NCBI GenBank assembly: GCA_038247415.1
Contig: JBBRUX010000029.1
Location: 1-49,865, forward strand
DNA: 49,865 nucleotides
From: Chitinivibrionales bacterium
Lineage (GTDB): Bacteria > Fibrobacterota > Chitinivibrionia > Chitinivibrionales > WJKA01
Direction of reading: 5' to 3'
How positions within the stretch are numbered: position 1 is the stretch's first letter; each line of letters starts with the position of its first letter. Position numbers and translations under genes: made by a program. Of the stretch, positions 48,184-49,865 are shown in pieces. The notes under the pieces are model-generated. The model worked only from the letters and a program-made list of their open reading frames with translations, was not told the DNA's origin and made no database searches.

Positions 48184-49865
48184 TCAAATATAAGCTACGA
48201 GATATGCACATACTACTGCAATGCCAAATTGCAGATCCACGAGAATATTAAAGAGCGAGGCTCGTGGAAGACGATGACCTTGCGATAATCGCATAAAAAG
48301 GTACAAATAAGCAAAAACCGGGACTTGAGATAAATAATTGGCGCATGCTGTTTTCCAATGATCTTGATCATGAAGCGCAACAATTGCCGCTACACACACA
48401 AGGGTAAATACCGAAACCCCAATCATCCCCACAATTGCCTTGCGAATTCGTTTTTCGCCTATAAAGGTTACCAAAGTCTCGCGCCCCATGATCCGATCCC
48501 CCTCGATATCCCGCATATCAAATATCACCGAACGCAGATAAGCAAGAATAAAAACTTCACAAAACACAAAAAGCATCGAGAATGTAAAATGAACGGTTCC
48601 TGCTATCGCAATCGGAACACATACCGCTAAAACACTCCATGCCAACGCAATAAAAAGATCGCGACTTGTGGGAATATCCTTTAGATTACGATACCGAAAG
48701 AAGCGCTGCAGAGACGAAGGAACAATTGTGCTATGATATACTGTTCCAACCAGAGTTGAAAAACTCATGAGGAAAAAAAGAGCTCTCGAGAGCGCAAAAG
48801 AAATGCCCAGCAAGCCAACAAGCGAAATGCCCGTAAGGAGAAATAATAATTTTTGATGTTTAAGATAAAATCGATAGCGGCTAATACCGAGATGCTGTGT
48901 CGTTTCTAAGGTTGAAATAGAATTCCAAAGATAAATTGCAAAGAAATACAAAAAAAAGACTAGCCCACCAGCAAAAAACTGGCTTGAGGTTACAACAATA
49001 CCCTGCACAACACAGGAGAGATAATACATACCACATGCACCAAGTGCAGCAAAAACATTTAGATTTGTCAACACATCAAGGCCATGCCACAACAAATTAG
49101 GCACACTTCGTTTTTTTTGCTGCGCCATAAACTGTATATATTCTACCACGCGCTTAATCATCCAGCTTGGCGTTGATGCACCTGCAGTTATACCCACTAT
49201 TTGACAATCTGCAATCGCGTCGAAATCGACATCTTCTTCGGTTTCGACAAGTTGTGTTGGTTTCCCAAGCGATTGTGCTATAGAGGCAAGCCTTTTTGTA
49301 TTTGCACTCTGTTTGCCACCAACCACGATAAGAGCATCTACTCGAGACGCAAGCTCGGTTGTCTCGTTTTGTCTTTTATCGGTAGCAGAGCAAATAGTTT
49401 TTTTTACAACAATCTCGGCATTACTAAAATGAGCCCGAACAGCCTGTTCTATTTTACCAAAAAGAAAGGTGTCGAAGGTCGTTTGCGAAACGAGGCAAAC
49501 ACGCGGAACAAGAGGCAGGTGGGTAATATCATCTTCGGTTTGCACCAAATGACCAGCATCCTTAGCATACCCCAGCAACCCGACAACCTCGGCATGACCT
49601 TTATCACCGGTGATAATTATCGAATAGCCTAGTTCCCGATATTTTTCGATGACTTTATGAACTGTCTTAACTTTAGGGCAAGTACCATCTACAATGCAAT
49701 GTCCTTGACTTTTAAATTCTTGTTCGGTTGTGGGTGGCACACCATGAGCGCGAATAATAACCGTAGATGCGACAGGCGGCATCTCACCATCTGCAAGTGG
49801 GTTAACACCTCGCTGACGGAGCATTTCGATGGTTTGGCCATTATGGATAAGCGGACCCAAAGAAT
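48184..49865 (-). CDS. ispH: IspH (LytB) fused to a C-terminal UbiA-like prenyltransferase domain; 5' end outside the window
   Basis: GPLIHN, IRAHG, DGTCPKV, HAEV, SQTT, TICSAT..RQ, SANT and TAGASTP motifs, followed by a multi-TM domain with FDMRDIEGDR..GRETL. Confidence 0.92.
   Translation of the reverse strand, partial: SLGPLIHNGQTIEMLRQRGVNPLADGEMPPVASTVIIRAHGVPPTTEQEFKSQGHCIVDGTCPKVKTVHKVIEKYRELGYSIIITGDKGHAEVVGLLGYAKDAGHLVQTEDDITHLPLVPRVCLVSQTTFDTFLFGKIEQAVRAHFSNAEIVVKKTICSATDKRQNETTELASRVDALIVVGGKQSANTKRLASIAQSLGKPTQLVETEEDVDFDAIADCQIVGITAGASTPSWMIKRVVEYIQFMAQQKKRSVPNLLWHGLDVLTNLNVFAALGACGMYYLSCVVQGIVVTSSQFFAGGLVFFLYFFAIYLWNSISTLETTQHLGISRYRFYLKHQKLLFLLTGISLVGLLGISFALSRALFFLMSFSTLVGTVYHSTIVPSSLQRFFRYRNLKDIPTSRDLFIALAWSVLAVCVPIAIAGTVHFTFSMLFVFCEVFILAYLRSVIFDMRDIEGDRIMGRETLVTFIGEKRIRKAIVGMIGVSVFTLVCVAAIVALHDQDHWKTACANYLSQVPVFAYLYLFMRLSQGHRLPRASLFNILVDLQFGIAVVCAYLVAYI

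Noticed and set aside
5012..49632. Numerous antisense or alternate-frame ORFs in the track (e.g. 5012-5611, 6678-7319, 8479-8985, 15873-16487, 30008-30466, 49201-49632)
   Set aside because: They lie within well-supported genes and show no protein motifs; treated as shadow ORFs.
1..49865. CRISPR arrays, tRNAs, intact transposases or prophage genes
   Set aside because: No regularly spaced repeats, cloverleaf with T-loop motif, or DDE/integrase/phage motifs were noticed by eye; short elements could have been missed.

Overview
About 50 kb of bacterial chromosome, mostly AT-rich. The gene style suggests a Fibrobacterota (Chitinivibrionia-like) anaerobe, but that is an inference. Housekeeping landmarks are rnpB, parE/parC, gmhB, potABCD and an IspH-UbiA fusion running off the right edge. 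The most striking accessory system is a nine-gene type II FAS/PKS-like cluster (22326-31799, minus strand): fabG, fabZ, an active FabF, a catalytically dead KS/CLF, ACP, an LpxL-like acyltransferase, two CrtI/RetSat-like flavoproteins and a B12-type radical SAM enzyme. Its content closely resembles the anammox 'ladderane-associated' clusters, and it probably makes an unusual acyl lipid. Other accessory elements: (i) a GC-richer AraC/aldolase/dehydrogenase/PHP catabolic island bounded by a 39-bp imperfect direct repeat (12767-20220); (ii) a membrane-bound CHASE4-HAMP-Hpt-HATPase CheA-like kinase with no CheW domain; (iii) a radical SAM/DUF362/GT4/nucleotidyltransferase/flippase/methyltransferase glycoconjugate locus; (iv) a cytoplasmic GH84; (v) several decayed genes (alaA, potA, DUF2442, hicB). 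The alaA, potA and DUF2442 remnants carry internal deletions. No CRISPR array, tRNA or intact transposase was seen. All family calls come from motif recognition, not database searches.
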